Shown here piece by piece: positions 18,247 to 28,098 of a DNA stretch of 64,000 nucleotides (the stretch's first letter is position 1; every line of letters starts with the position of its first letter). A program made the translations under genes and the position numbers. Under the pieces are notes generated by a model. That model was not told the origin of the DNA. It saw nothing but the letters and a program-made list of their open reading frames with translations, and searched no databases. Source of the stretch: a virus (Duplodnaviria; Caudoviricetes); IMG/VR virus record IMGVR_UViG_2974529992_000001, positions 3,119 to 67,118 of that record; one strand, given 5' to 3'.

Positions 18247-19380
18247 GTGAAGATCATCGTCGAGGAAGCAGTCACGGGAAACATTCTCACCCGTGATCTT
18301 GCTCTCGTCCAACCCCCGGAAGTTGTTCGGACCCTGAGCGGCCCGTCCAGCATCAAGTTCTCGGTGTTCCCAGACGAGCCCTCAATGGAAGGGATCCTCT
18401 TCAAGGCGTACGGCCAGATGGTCCATGTGGAGATTGATCGACAGGACGGAACCCCCTGGGTTATCGCAAGCGGAATCACTCAGCCTCCAGAAATTGATCA
18501 GGAGACGGGCGCTGTCACGGTCACGGCCAATGGGTTCTCGGGATACCCGGACAAGATTCCGTGGCTCCAGAACTACAATCCGATTGCTGTGGATCCATTC
18601 GAGGTTATCCACCGAATCTGGACGCATATCCAAGCGCAGCCGCAGGGCAATCTCGGAGTAACGGTCAGTCCGGCCAGTAGCAACACGCTGCTCCTCCCTG
18701 GCTTCTATTACGACGGCAGCGAGTTCGTACTGGATTTCTTCGCCTACTTCGTACGCAGCGAAGACTATCGAGACTGTCTCGAAGAGATCCACAGCCTGTG
18801 CCGGGACGTGCCGATCGACTTCTTCGAGGACTCGGTCTGGAATGCAGGCCGAACTGCAATCAACAAGACCCTTCGCTTGGCCTATCCACGTGGCGGAACC
18901 GTCCAGAACGCACTGATCTTCAAGCAGCGAGAGAACGTGCTTTCAATGTCGCCAGCGCAAGAGATGGATATCCAGTACAACTCCGAAGTGATTGTTCGCG
19001 GCTGGTTCCCCGGGAAGATGCACAAAACCCACCTGGTCAACGCCGACCCCACGCGATATCGGCGAGTCATCAAGGACGAGGACGCGCTGATCAACAGCCG
19101 TGAACGTAGCGCGGCTCGAGCTGGTCGTAAGCTGGCAATCCGCCAGGTTCCACACCACTGGGGAGCGATCACGGTGGACATGTATCACCCCAACGCTCCG
19201 TGGGGAACGTACGACGTCGGAGACGACATACTGATCTCCGGAGAGATGCCGATGGAAGGGCGTAAGGCAGAATGGCACAGAATCATGACCATCCAGCCGA
19301 ACGACCAGCAAGGTGTCGTTCAGATGACGACTAAGCATGTGGACGCCTTCAACTACGACCCGATCACCTTCCCGGGGTAG
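18247..19380 (+). CDS. Minor tail protein (baseplate hub-like)
   Basis: Second gene after the tape measure; C-terminal YDVGDDILI...WHRI motif. Confidence 0.8.
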   Translation: MKIIVEEAVTGNILTRDLALVQPPEVVRTLSGPSSIKFSVFPDEPSMEGILFKAYGQMVHVEIDRQDGTPWVIASGITQPPEIDQETGAVTVTANGFSGYPDKIPWLQNYNPIAVDPFEVIHRIWTHIQAQPQGNLGVTVSPASSNTLLLPGFYYDGSEFVLDFFAYFVRSEDYRDCLEEIHSLCRDVPIDFFEDSVWNAGRTAINKTLRLAYPRGGTVQNALIFKQRENVLSMSPAQEMDIQYNSEVIVRGWFPGKMHKTHLVNADPTRYRRVIKDEDALINSRERSAARAGRKLAIRQVPHHWGAITVDMYHPNAPWGTYDVGDDILISGEMPMEGRKAEWHRIMTIQPNDQQGVVQMTTKHVDAFNYDPITFPG

Positions 19381-19382
19381 TC

Positions 19383-21347
19383 ATGGCGGGCTCAGGAAGC
19401 AGGGAAGTTTTCTTCCTCAAGCAGGTCGCGAATCAGAAGTACAACAAGGATTTCGCGGTCAACATGGTTCAGGTGAACAACACCCTGACCAGTATCTCGA
19501 AGTACCTGATCGTAATGCAGCAGGGCATCGACGATCTCAACCGCGATATCCTTGAGCAGATCCAGGACTTCATCCAGGAACTGATCATTCTTTTCAACGG
19601 CGGAGACTTCAGTGAGCTCGGTCTGGACTTTGGACATCTGAAGTATGTGTTCCGTGCGATCGGCGCCTTCTTCGGTTTTGGTCAGGGGCTGACCAGCACC
19701 GGAGCAATGGCTCAGAACTTCTTCCAGCAGTTCTTGGCTCCGTTCCAGTGGTTCGGCGACGCTGTCGGTAACGCGGTAGACACTGTGATCGACTTCATCC
19801 TTGGCCTTCTCTCCTGGATTCCCGGTGTCGGCAACGCTCGTCAGAAACTGGCCAATGCTCTCAATACGACCCGGGACACAGCGGTTGCGGCGCAGGAGAG
19901 CAATCAGGAGCTGACGAACAAAGTTTGGGAAGGTGCCACGGCTCAGCAGGCCGAAGGCAGCATGACCGAACAGCAGGTTCGAGACGCTGTCGCTGCGATG
20001 AAGGCTCGGGCAGAAGCATTGCGTCGAGAGAACGAGCTTCGCTACAGCAGCGCGGTCCCCAACTGGCAGGGCCTGGTTCCGGGTGGCGACGTGACGTGTC
20101 CACTCAACGACGTGTCTGTTCGTGACAACTGGCGAGTAGACGTAGACGGCCAGACCGCCGACGGCGGTGGCTTCCCCGGTCACTTCCACGGATCGGGAAC
20201 CTTCGAGGCGGTTCTCAACCTGGGGATTCCACAGAGCTGCATGACCTCCGCCAGCGGTGCCAATCGAAGCGGTCCGTTCGCCGTCACTCGCGCACGATCT
20301 GACGCTCCACGTAACGTGCTGACATTCCTGTGTCGTGCCATTGGCAGCGTTACGGAAGCCTACGCCTCCCTCTGGACGTACGATGAGGATAACGACCGGT
20401 GGATGTGCGTGTCGGTCAGCTCGAACTTCATCGCTCAGGTTCCTGGCGTGGCGGAATACGGATGGGTGGACGCGGTTCTTCAGCAGGAATACACCCCAGG
20501 TATCGGCGACAACATCGCCGTGATGTGGACCTCTGTTGGCACCGGACAGCTCGCCATCGCTAGCTCGTTCAGCGCCTCGGACTCTGCTGACCAGTTCAGC
20601 ATCCCGGCTTACCATAGCGTTCCGTACGGAACCCGTTGCCACGTCACCCTAGGCGGACAGCCCGTTCCCGGCACCACGGTCACTCTGGGTCAGGGTGCAG
20701 GCTGGAAGTCCGGGCGTACTCCTTTCTGTCAGATAGCCCCGAACCTCGGGCAGACTGTCGAGCCAACGCCTCAGTATTGGTTTGACGATTTCAATGCATC
20801 GGATCCAAGTTCTTACACGTTCAGCTCTGGCGCTAAGATCAGCAGCGAGGGCGACTTCCGTTACACTGGAGGCGCGGATGGCCTCCAGTATCTGATCTGT
20901 CGTGGTCAAATGGCTACTCCTCATATGCGTATAGAGGCTACGGCCAAGAACCACGTCGGACGCGAAATGTTCATGCGCCTCGGTTGTTCGCCCAACGGAA
21001 CTTCTGGCGTTAATATGGTGATTCGGGGCGATTCTTCGACCACAACAGAGCTCGTCCTGTTCACGGTCTCTGGATCTGACGCCAATGGACTCACAGAGCG
21101 CAAGCGTCTCGAGAATATCCCTAAGACAGCCTACGATCGGTGGGCTATCGAGTTCTACGAGCCGAACAGCAGTTACCTGATCTATCAGAACAACAATCTG
21201 GTGACAAGCTGGGCAGATCCTGGAAACCTCGCTCTGCGAGGAAAGGGAAAGCGTTCTGGTGGCCTTGGAGTTTCTCGAATTGCGTTCGTCAACTCCGGTC
21301 AGTGGGACGACCTGTTCATTCACGATGTAATCATGGAAGAGGTGTGA
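19383..21347 (+). CDS. Minor tail protein (receptor-binding/baseplate candidate)
   Basis: 654 aa; helical N-half, beta-rich C-terminal domains. Confidence 0.78.
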   Translation: MAGSGSREVFFLKQVANQKYNKDFAVNMVQVNNTLTSISKYLIVMQQGIDDLNRDILEQIQDFIQELIILFNGGDFSELGLDFGHLKYVFRAIGAFFGFGQGLTSTGAMAQNFFQQFLAPFQWFGDAVGNAVDTVIDFILGLLSWIPGVGNARQKLANALNTTRDTAVAAQESNQELTNKVWEGATAQQAEGSMTEQQVRDAVAAMKARAEALRRENELRYSSAVPNWQGLVPGGDVTCPLNDVSVRDNWRVDVDGQTADGGGFPGHFHGSGTFEAVLNLGIPQSCMTSASGANRSGPFAVTRARSDAPRNVLTFLCRAIGSVTEAYASLWTYDEDNDRWMCVSVSSNFIAQVPGVAEYGWVDAVLQQEYTPGIGDNIAVMWTSVGTGQLAIASSFSASDSADQFSIPAYHSVPYGTRCHVTLGGQPVPGTTVTLGQGAGWKSGRTPFCQIAPNLGQTVEPTPQYWFDDFNASDPSSYTFSSGAKISSEGDFRYTGGADGLQYLICRGQMATPHMRIEATAKNHVGREMFMRLGCSPNGTSGVNMVIRGDSSTTTELVLFTVSGSDANGLTERKRLENIPKTAYDRWAIEFYEPNSSYLIYQNNNLVTSWADPGNLALRGKGKRSGGLGVSRIAFVNSGQWDDLFIHDVIMEEV

Positions 21348-21348
21348 C

Positions 21349-21657
21349 ATGGCCGAAGAAGTTCAACCCCTGAAGTACCCGCTCGCGGATATCAATCCGG
21401 ATCAGAAACAAGCGCTGTACATCAGCCTCCTGGAAAGGAAGGTGCAGTATCAGTCCACGCTGATGCTCCAGTACCGGACCCTCCTGGAGGCAATGACCGG
21501 CGAAGCGTGGGATCAGATCGACACTCGTCTCAAGAAGGGCGAGATGATGAAGATCGCCACGAATGCCTTCGAACGCAACTTGGCTCGAGACCTGGCGGAA
21601 GCAGAGCGCATGGTCCAGGCGAATCTCGAAGCGGCAAACGCACCTTACGAAAGGTAG
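21349..21657 (+). CDS. Tail-module hypothetical protein (102 aa)
   Basis: Coupled ORF; SD GAGGTG. Confidence 0.7.
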   Translation: MAEEVQPLKYPLADINPDQKQALYISLLERKVQYQSTLMLQYRTLLEAMTGEAWDQIDTRLKKGEMMKIATNAFERNLARDLAEAERMVQANLEAANAPYER

Positions 21658-21666
21658 GATGTAGGC

Positions 21667-23070
21667 ATGGCTTACGTCTGGTATATCGGCAAGGCCAACA
21701 AGCGAGAGCTACGCGGCGAAGAATGGCCGGGTGGCCTTGTCGTGTGGAACGTGAAGAATGGCTTCAGCCTTCCTCAGGGAATGTTCACAGAAGCTCAGCT
21801 GAATATACTGGACGCAGATCGTGACTTCCTCCTGAACCAGACCGAAGAGGTCCGCCAGTTGCCAGCGGCCGAAGATCCTGTCTTCGGCGACAACATGGCC
21901 GAGTACTGGTACTCCAAGACTCGTCAACTTCATCTGGAGATACTCGAAGCTCTCGAGACCGGCGAGTTTCGGGGCGAGCAGGGTATCCAGGGTATCCAAG
22001 GCCCCAAGGGTGACAAGGGAGACAAGGGCGACAAAGGGGACAAGGGCGACACCGGCGCTCAAGGACAGCAGGGTATCCAGGGTTTAAAGGGCGACACCGG
22101 AAACACTGGAGCAACCGGGCGAGGATTCAATCCTCGGGGTGCGTGGGCCGCTACGACAGCATACGCGGTCGACGACATCGTCACTGTCGGGGGCGAAACA
22201 TGGCGATGCGTGACGGCTCACACCTCTGGAGCGTCTTGGGCGTCCACCAACTGGGAAAGATGGGCTCAGAAGGGCAGCACCGGCCAGGGATACACGTTCA
22301 GGGGCGCATGGGCCGCTTCTACAGCCTATGCCCTGTACCAAACCCTCAGCTACCAAGGTCAATTTTACCAGGTAACCACGGCCCATACCTCTACCTCGAC
22401 CTTTGACGCCACTAAGTTCGCGCTCCTGGCGGGGAAGGGCGATAAGGGTGACAAGGGTGACGTCGGAGAGAAGGGCGACAAGGGAGACAAAGGAGATCAA
22501 GGCAACCAAGGTGTCCAGGGAATTCAGGGAACCCAAGGACCGCAGGGTCAGCAGGGTGTCCAGGGTCCCAAGGGTGACAAGGGTGACATGGGAGAGGGGT
22601 TGCACTTCGACCACTTCCCCGCCACCTACGCCGAAATGCTGGCGATCCCGTCTCCTGCCGAGGGCGATGTCGCGATGGTCTTGTCGACCACTCGAACATA
22701 CGTCTACGCTGGCGGATCATGGCCTTCCAATGAAGAAGACGGCATCATGCTTCGCGGTCCGATGGGTCCGGCTGGACCGCAGGGCGAGCAGGGTCCACAG
22801 GGAACCCAGGGCATCCAGGGAACCCAGGGTCCGCAAGGCGAGCAAGGTCCAGAGGGCGACCAGGGTATCCAAGGACCGAAGGGCGACAAGGGCGACAAGG
22901 GCGACACAGGCAATCAGGGTATCCAGGGAGACCAGGGGCCGCAGGGGCTCACCGGCCAGCAGGGAATCCAGGGTGTCAAGGGAGACAAGGGCGACACTGG
23001 TGATCCCGGTACCGTGATCGGCGCTCTACCCCCGACCGGTGTCACCGGGAAGCTATACGTGACACCATGA
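21667..23070 (+). CDS. Collagen-like fibre protein with two CBM5/12-like modules
   Basis: Long Gly-X-Y runs; [15 protein letters not shown]...WRC and [24 protein letters not shown]; N-terminal docking-like domain. Confidence 0.88.
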   Translation: MAYVWYIGKANKRELRGEEWPGGLVVWNVKNGFSLPQGMFTEAQLNILDADRDFLLNQTEEVRQLPAAEDPVFGDNMAEYWYSKTRQLHLEILEALETGEFRGEQGIQGIQGPKGDKGDKGDKGDKGDTGAQGQQGIQGLKGDTGNTGATGRGFNPRGAWAATTAYAVDDIVTVGGETWRCVTAHTSGASWASTNWERWAQKGSTGQGYTFRGAWAASTAYALYQTLSYQGQFYQVTTAHTSTSTFDATKFALLAGKGDKGDKGDVGEKGDKGDKGDQGNQGVQGIQGTQGPQGQQGVQGPKGDKGDMGEGLHFDHFPATYAEMLAIPSPAEGDVAMVLSTTRTYVYAGGSWPSNEEDGIMLRGPMGPAGPQGEQGPQGTQGIQGTQGPQGEQGPEGDQGIQGPKGDKGDKGDTGNQGIQGDQGPQGLTGQQGIQGVKGDKGDTGDPGTVIGALPPTGVTGKLYVTP

Positions 23071-23972
23071 GCGGATTCAAGGTCTGGAACGGATCCGCCT
23101 TCGTAGACGCCCAGCCGTGGATCTGGAATGGCTCAGCTTTCGTTCGTCCGTCTGGCGTATATCGCTGGGACGGAACCAAGTTTGTTAAGATCTGGCCGAC
23201 TTTCGTCAAGCAGAAAATGAACAAGTCGGGTAGCTATCTTAACAGTAACTCTACCAACGCTCTCGTTACGACTTGGCTCTCGGACTCTGAATTCCCTTCC
23301 ACAATTACGGCAGATTCGCTTATCGTTCAGGGTGCTCAGGCTGGCGCTCTCGTCAAACTGAACTACAACATGCAGTCTTCCTCAGGAACAGGCGATCGTA
23401 TTCTTGGCGTTCATAAGAATGGCGTAGAGCTGGACAGGGGCATCCTCCGCCTCGGAACCACGGCAGTTCAGGGATTCCTGGGGATGATCACGGACCTCGC
23501 AAATGGAGATGATCTTGAGGTCCGTATATTCTCGGGGAACACCCGCGTGTTCGATGCCGTCACGTATCTGTCTGTGTCTCCTCTGGTACAGAGTGTCAGG
23601 ATTGACAAGAGCGGGGTCTATGCCTTCGAGTCAACTGGATACAAGACTATCACCGGCTGGACACCAAACGGAACCTATCCCGGAACGGTCCAAACAGACG
23701 GCCTCCGGGTTCCTGCTACGGCTAGTAACTGGTGCGTCCAGGCTGAGATTCAGCCTGCCGGACTGAACAGCTCCTTCGGAGCCAATACCTTTAGGATCGC
23801 CGTCAACGGAGTTCAGCTCGGAACCACCTATGCCCGGATCTCCAACGACGTGATCCGGGTCGGCCTGGCGGATCAGACACTTAACGAGGGCGACGTCATT
23901 ACTCTTCAGGTTGATCGAGCTAACAGCGGCGGATCTGTTACGAGCGGATACATTCAACTTTTCCGGGACTAG
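23067..23972 (+). CDS. Minor tail/fibre-associated protein with internal duplication
   Basis: WNGSAF x2 N-terminus; two related beta domains starting KMNKSG and RIDKSG. Confidence 0.75.
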   Translation: MSGFKVWNGSAFVDAQPWIWNGSAFVRPSGVYRWDGTKFVKIWPTFVKQKMNKSGSYLNSNSTNALVTTWLSDSEFPSTITADSLIVQGAQAGALVKLNYNMQSSSGTGDRILGVHKNGVELDRGILRLGTTAVQGFLGMITDLANGDDLEVRIFSGNTRVFDAVTYLSVSPLVQSVRIDKSGVYAFESTGYKTITGWTPNGTYPGTVQTDGLRVPATASNWCVQAEIQPAGLNSSFGANTFRIAVNGVQLGTTYARISNDVIRVGLADQTLNEGDVITLQVDRANSGGSVTSGYIQLFRD

Positions 23973-23976
23973 GCCG

Positions 23977-23985
23977 TGGTATAAT
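23977..23985 (+). promoter_or_regulatory. Extended -10 promoter for the lysis cassette (TGG-TATAAT)
   Basis: Perfect TATAAT with TGn extension, 7 nt before the lysin ATG; no SD, so probably a leaderless or near-leaderless mRNA. Confidence 0.7.
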
Positions 23986-23992
23986 TGCGTCT

Positions 23993-25138
23993 ATGGGTGA
24001 TCCGGTAGGAATGGTCGAAGCCTTCAGGAAGGCTGGACTGAAGGTCAGCGAGTATCCGGGTTGGCGTGGTCGGGGACACGGCGACTTCGGCAAGGTGTGG
24101 GGTCCTTTCATGCACCACACTGGTTCCTTCGGCGAAACGCCGCGAGGGATCGCAGAGCATCCCAGTCTCGGACTGGCATCCCAGTGGCATCTCGCGCCGA
24201 ACGGCGTCTACACCATCTGTGGTATTGGGATCGCTTACCACGCAGGAATCGGCTCATGGCCGACGATCCCCACGAACAACGGCAACGCTGTGTGTGTCGG
24301 ATTCGAAGCGGCACACAACGGCACTTCGGCCTGGAGCAAGCCTCAGCTCGACGCTTATCTGAAGGGCGTCCAAACCCTCAACATCTTCCTGGGCAATCCA
24401 TGGGACAAGGTCGTCGCTCACAAGGAGTACGGCAAGATCCAGGGCAAGTGGGACCCCGGCAATCTGGACATGAAGTGGGTCCGCCAGCAGCTGAAGGTTC
24501 GCGACATCGAGAAGCCGATCGTCATGAACATGATCGAGCTGGAGGCCAAGGAGAATCCTTGGGTCGGTGTCCGCCATGCGAAGCCGGGTGCCGAAGGAGA
24601 GATGAAGATCGGCCGGGACTTCAAGGGTCGCCAGGTCGAATACGACCACGCGAACATCTACTTCTATCCGGGCCTCGGCGCGTTCGCCATTCCTCACGCC
24701 GACCCGAAGATTCCCGGTTCGGGAATCTTCGAGGCTTACGCTCGTCGCGGTTACGAGCGTGGCCCTCTCGGATACCCTGTTCGCGACTTCAGTCTGATCG
24801 AAGGCCACGGAGTTTCCGGCGCGGTCATGGCCTTCCAGGGCGGTCTGCTCTACGTCGCCAACGATCCCTCCATCGGCGATCACATGCTGGGTGGCATAAT
24901 CGGTCAGCGCTGGGCGCTTGAAGGTTGGGAGGACGGCCCGCTGGGCTGGCCGATCACCGACGAGTACGACAACGGGACCGGTGGCAAGCGTCAGGAATTC
25001 CAGTTCGGAACGCTGGAATGGGATCCGTCCGGTGCCATCAAGAAGCTGGGCACCGAGCCGGTTCGCAACCTGTCCCTCGTGGACAGCAACGGTTACCCGC
25101 TCGCCGTCACCGAAGGCGTCGAGCTCATCGCAGCATAG
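23993..25138 (+). CDS. lysA: Endolysin (lysin A): Amidase_2 catalytic domain plus LGFP-like repeats
   Basis: HHTG, AYHAG, AHKEY, KWDPG amidase motifs; GPLGYP and GPLGWPITDEY...QEFQFG repeats. Confidence 0.92.
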   Translation: MGDPVGMVEAFRKAGLKVSEYPGWRGRGHGDFGKVWGPFMHHTGSFGETPRGIAEHPSLGLASQWHLAPNGVYTICGIGIAYHAGIGSWPTIPTNNGNAVCVGFEAAHNGTSAWSKPQLDAYLKGVQTLNIFLGNPWDKVVAHKEYGKIQGKWDPGNLDMKWVRQQLKVRDIEKPIVMNMIELEAKENPWVGVRHAKPGAEGEMKIGRDFKGRQVEYDHANIYFYPGLGAFAIPHADPKIPGSGIFEAYARRGYERGPLGYPVRDFSLIEGHGVSGAVMAFQGGLLYVANDPSIGDHMLGGIIGQRWALEGWEDGPLGWPITDEYDNGTGGKRQEFQFGTLEWDPSGAIKKLGTEPVRNLSLVDSNGYPLAVTEGVELIAA

Positions 25139-25146
25139 GAGCAGGA

Positions 25147-25551
25147 ATGACAGTCACGACCAGCAATACCCCCGCACTGATCTTCAACCGCGAGCCCGCA
25201 GCCATTCAGGGTTTCGTCATGATGCTCGTCGCTCTGTTCTCCGGCTTCGTGCTTCCGGTGTCAGAGACCGGCCAGGCGGTCATCCAGACCGTAGTCGGAG
25301 CCGTGCTCTTCCTCTGGGTCGCGATCAAGGTCCGAGAGAACGTCTACCCGGCGATCCTCGCCCTGACCGCCGCCATCCTCCCGCTGGCGGTGCACTACGG
25401 TCTGGAGCTGACCAAGGACGAGCAGAGCCTGATCCTCAGCGGTGTCTCGCTGACCCTCGCATTCATCGCCGGCCGTCCGGGGCTCACCCCGAAGGTCAAC
25501 GTCGTCGAGGGCTCGGTGGTGCCGGGTTCCATCCGGGACGAAGCAGTCTGA
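25147..25551 (+). CDS. Holin-like membrane protein (134 aa)
   Basis: About four hydrophobic segments; REP motif near the N-terminus; directly after the lysin. Confidence 0.8.
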   Translation: MTVTTSNTPALIFNREPAAIQGFVMMLVALFSGFVLPVSETGQAVIQTVVGAVLFLWVAIKVRENVYPAILALTAAILPLAVHYGLELTKDEQSLILSGVSLTLAFIAGRPGLTPKVNVVEGSVVPGSIRDEAV

Positions 25552-25554
25552 TCT

Positions 25555-26004
25555 ATGAGTCGTTCGGTTAAGAAGAATGACAAGCTCAAGGCTCTCCTCG
25601 ACTATGCGAAGGGCAACGCAATTGTCCATTCTGCATTCGGGTTCAGCTACGGGCTTCTCACTATCTTTGCCGGAGATGCTCTCTGGGCAGGGGGAAGGAC
25701 GTATGAAACGGCCAACTCCCTGCCCTACGCCCCGCAGAGCTGGGGCACAATCGCAATTGTCTTTGACGGCGTCATCGCAATTGGCTCTATCAAGAAGACA
25801 AACTCAGAGCGATGGATTCGCTGGGGTTGCTTCGGTTTGGCCGCATGGTGTTTCGTCTTTGCGATCTTTTTCTTGATTGACAGCATTGCACACTGGACTC
25901 CTTTTGGCCTTCCGGGCGTAGTAGTTTATGGCTACTCTGCACTCCTCATGATTCATCGCTCCGTATTGGGCGAGAGGCTTTCCGTTGGGGACGATCCGGC
26001 ATAA
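25555..26004 (+). CDS. Membrane protein (about 4 TM), lysis cassette
   Basis: Four hydrophobic stretches. Confidence 0.75.
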   Translation: MSRSVKKNDKLKALLDYAKGNAIVHSAFGFSYGLLTIFAGDALWAGGRTYETANSLPYAPQSWGTIAIVFDGVIAIGSIKKTNSERWIRWGCFGLAAWCFVFAIFFLIDSIAHWTPFGLPGVVVYGYSALLMIHRSVLGERLSVGDDPA

Positions 26005-26443
26005 TTTCAAGGACATCAGGAACCTTGGTTATGAAGTGCAGAGTGGCCCATGGCCATTCTACCGACTTGTCATCGTCATGCTGTGCTGGGGATCGATAAA
26101 CCAGGTTATTGCCGGTCCTCCGAAAACGATAGTCGACGGCTTTCCTCATTGGATGACGATCGTTTACACGGTTTTCATGCTCGTCGGTACGATCATGATT
26201 CTTGTGCCGATCCAATTCATGCGTCAGAATCTAGCCGCGTTGAACCTGGAGCGAGCTGGATCTTGGATATTCGTTGGGTCTGTGACAGTTTACCTCACAA
26301 ACTACCTCCTGACAGAGGGGTATCCGGCATCTCCGAATGTGACGGTCTTCTTTGCCTTTCTGATCTATCCGATCTATAGAGTTCGTCAGCTGAACAGAGA
26401 GATCAAAGAGGCCCGGAAACAAAAGAAGGAGATGGGTCTCTAA
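25985..26443 (+). CDS. Membrane protein (about 4 TM), lysis cassette
   Basis: Hydrophobic stretches, basic C-tail; TTG start uncertain. Confidence 0.72.
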   Translation: MGTIRHNFKDIRNLGYEVQSGPWPFYRLVIVMLCWGSINQVIAGPPKTIVDGFPHWMTIVYTVFMLVGTIMILVPIQFMRQNLAALNLERAGSWIFVGSVTVYLTNYLLTEGYPASPNVTVFFAFLIYPIYRVRQLNREIKEARKQKKEMGL

Positions 26444-26841
26444 TGGATACCAATGTCATCATTGCCCTCATCACTTTGGCTGGAGCGATTGCCGCCGCTA
26501 TCGCCAGCAGCGGAATCGTCAGTTATGTCCAGAACAAGGGGAAAACGACTGTAGAGACGAAGCAGATTGAGGAGAACATCATCTCCAAAATCCGTCGTGA
26601 GGGTGACAAGAAGAACGACGTTCTTGTCGCTCGTGCTGAGCTTCAGGAATACAAGTTCGACATTTTGCTGGAAGAGCACCTGGCGCTCATCGATAAGGTG
26701 AAGCTGACATGTGGTTCCGCAGATCAGGTCGAGCTGGCGGAATTGCGCGCATCGGCATTGAAGATCAAGTACACCGATCGCATTCCGGGAAGGGAACCTC
26801 CGCCACAATTCCCGCACCCAGGAGATGAATCTCATTCCTAA
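26443..26841 (+). CDS. Single-TM protein with coiled-coil tail, lysis cassette
   Basis: N-terminal VIIALITLAGAIAAAIAS then helical domain; TAATG overlap. Confidence 0.75.
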   Translation: MDTNVIIALITLAGAIAAAIASSGIVSYVQNKGKTTVETKQIEENIISKIRREGDKKNDVLVARAELQEYKFDILLEEHLALIDKVKLTCGSADQVELAELRASALKIKYTDRIPGREPPPQFPHPGDESHS

Positions 26842-26890
26842 ATTCATCTCAAAAGGAGCCCCCTCTGATCGATCAGGGCTGCGCGCCCGC

Positions 26891-27279
26891 GTAGATCCGC
26901 TCGAGCGATACGCAGGGCTGCGCCTTAAAACAGTGTGAGACATGATATTTTCGCGCGCGTGGTAAGACCAGCGCGCGATCGATACTTTCGCGCCCGCACA
27001 CATGAACGCACGCACGGAATAACGATCGTGCGCGATCCACACTTTCGCGCCTGGAGCGCGAGCGCCCGCACGGAACGTGGAAACGCGAACGCGATCGTTG
27101 TTCCGTGCGTGCGTCTGTGTGTCCGCACGCGAAAGCAATGAACGCGCGCGATCCTTTATGTGCCCCGAAGCGAGTGTGCCTGCACGCGCGCGTCGCGCGA
27201 CGTGCACGTCGTGTGCGTGTGCGACACGCACGCACGTTCCACATTGCGCGCGAGAGAAAAATTTTTATTTCGGATCTAC
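26891..27279 (+). ncRNA. Candidate large structured RNA (alternatively an origin-like DNA element)
   Basis: Nested inverted repeats including a 23-bp stem 27006-27028/27092-27114; checked mismatches are U-G wobbles on +; no credible CDS. Confidence 0.5.
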
Positions 27280-27322
27280 CAGCGGTTTTCGCCCAATTTT
27301 CGGGCAATTTTCAAAAATGGGG

Positions 27323-27351
27323 TTGTGAAAGTTTTGGGCACCCCGTAGCAT
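27323..27351 (+). promoter_or_regulatory. Sigma-A-like early promoter
   Basis: TTGTGA-17 nt-TAGCAT with an AT-rich tract upstream. Confidence 0.65.
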
Positions 27352-27419
27352 CGTTCTTGTCAGGCCAACCGGCCCGGCACCGGAGCCCAGAACCAGGGCC
27401 ACACCCTTTAGGAGTAACC

Positions 27420-28007
27420 ATGTCTGAGAACACTGCTGCCATCGCCCCCGCTGCTGCTGAGGCCGCACGCCCCAAGGCCGATGTCTACGTGGCCCCGAAG
27501 GGCCACAACCCGGACAAGGACTGGAGCTACATCGCCGACAAGGAGCCGCTGGAAACCCACGAGCTCTTCGCCCAGATCATCCGCCGGAAGGCCGGGATCG
27601 AGATCTCTGCGAAGCAGGTCCAGGCCCTGCTGCTGATGCACCGTTGGATGCAGGCCAGCGACCTGAACCGGGAGCGCGAGACCTTCCGTGGCCGGACCCT
27701 TGGGTCCGTCATCCGGGGCGCCGAGACCCAGCTGGGTCGCAGCGAGAACCGGGCTACCATGGAGGGCGAGGACGCCCAGGTGGTCCAGGTGATCAACTCG
27801 GTGGGCGACGAAGTCGCCGAGGCCATCCGCGCCGAGCTCACGGCTCCGGTGGTGGAGCAGGTCGAGGAGCCGGAAGTGGACTTCCGGACCGCGCCGAAGG
27901 CGGCGCTGGTCTCCATGGTGGTCGAGCAGGAGCTCGCCCCCGAGGCCGACGCCAAGAAGCTGACGGTCAAGAAGCTCCGCGCCCTGCTCAGCGGCGAAGA
28001 GGCCTGA
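27420..28007 (+). CDS. Hypothetical protein (195 aa), paralog of the 37758 protein, C-terminal HeH-like segment
   Basis: SD AGGAG, ATG at 27420; strong codon bias; HRWMQASD motif. Confidence 0.85.
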   Translation: MSENTAAIAPAAAEAARPKADVYVAPKGHNPDKDWSYIADKEPLETHELFAQIIRRKAGIEISAKQVQALLLMHRWMQASDLNRERETFRGRTLGSVIRGAETQLGRSENRATMEGEDAQVVQVINSVGDEVAEAIRAELTAPVVEQVEEPEVDFRTAPKAALVSMVVEQELAPEADAKKLTVKKLRALLSGEEA

Positions 28008-28020
28008 CCGGCTAGGTGGA

Positions 28021-28048
28021 ATCGCTCCCCTTCGGGGAGGGGAGCGGT
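28021..28048 (+). terminator. GC-rich stem-loop
   Basis: CGCTCCCC / GGGGAGCG stem; alternative C(UUCG)G hairpin; short U run. Confidence 0.55.
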
Positions 28049-28098
28049 TCCCGCCTAGTCCGCCAGGACTGCCAACACACGAGCCTGAGGAGGCACCC

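Noticed and set aside
21960-23000. Short direct repeats (GGCGACAAG etc.) as CRISPR or VNTR
   Set aside because: They are codons of collagen Gly-X-Y triplets in an open frame.
26822-26850. GAGATGAAT/ATTCATCTC hairpin as a terminator after the lysis cassette
   Set aside because: Followed by an A-run, not a U-run, and AU-rich; it does not fit an intrinsic terminator on either strand.
27105-27419. N-terminal extension of the 27420 gene as given in the ORF track
   Set aside because: It runs through low-complexity repeats and a promoter; the SD AGGAG supports ATG 27420.
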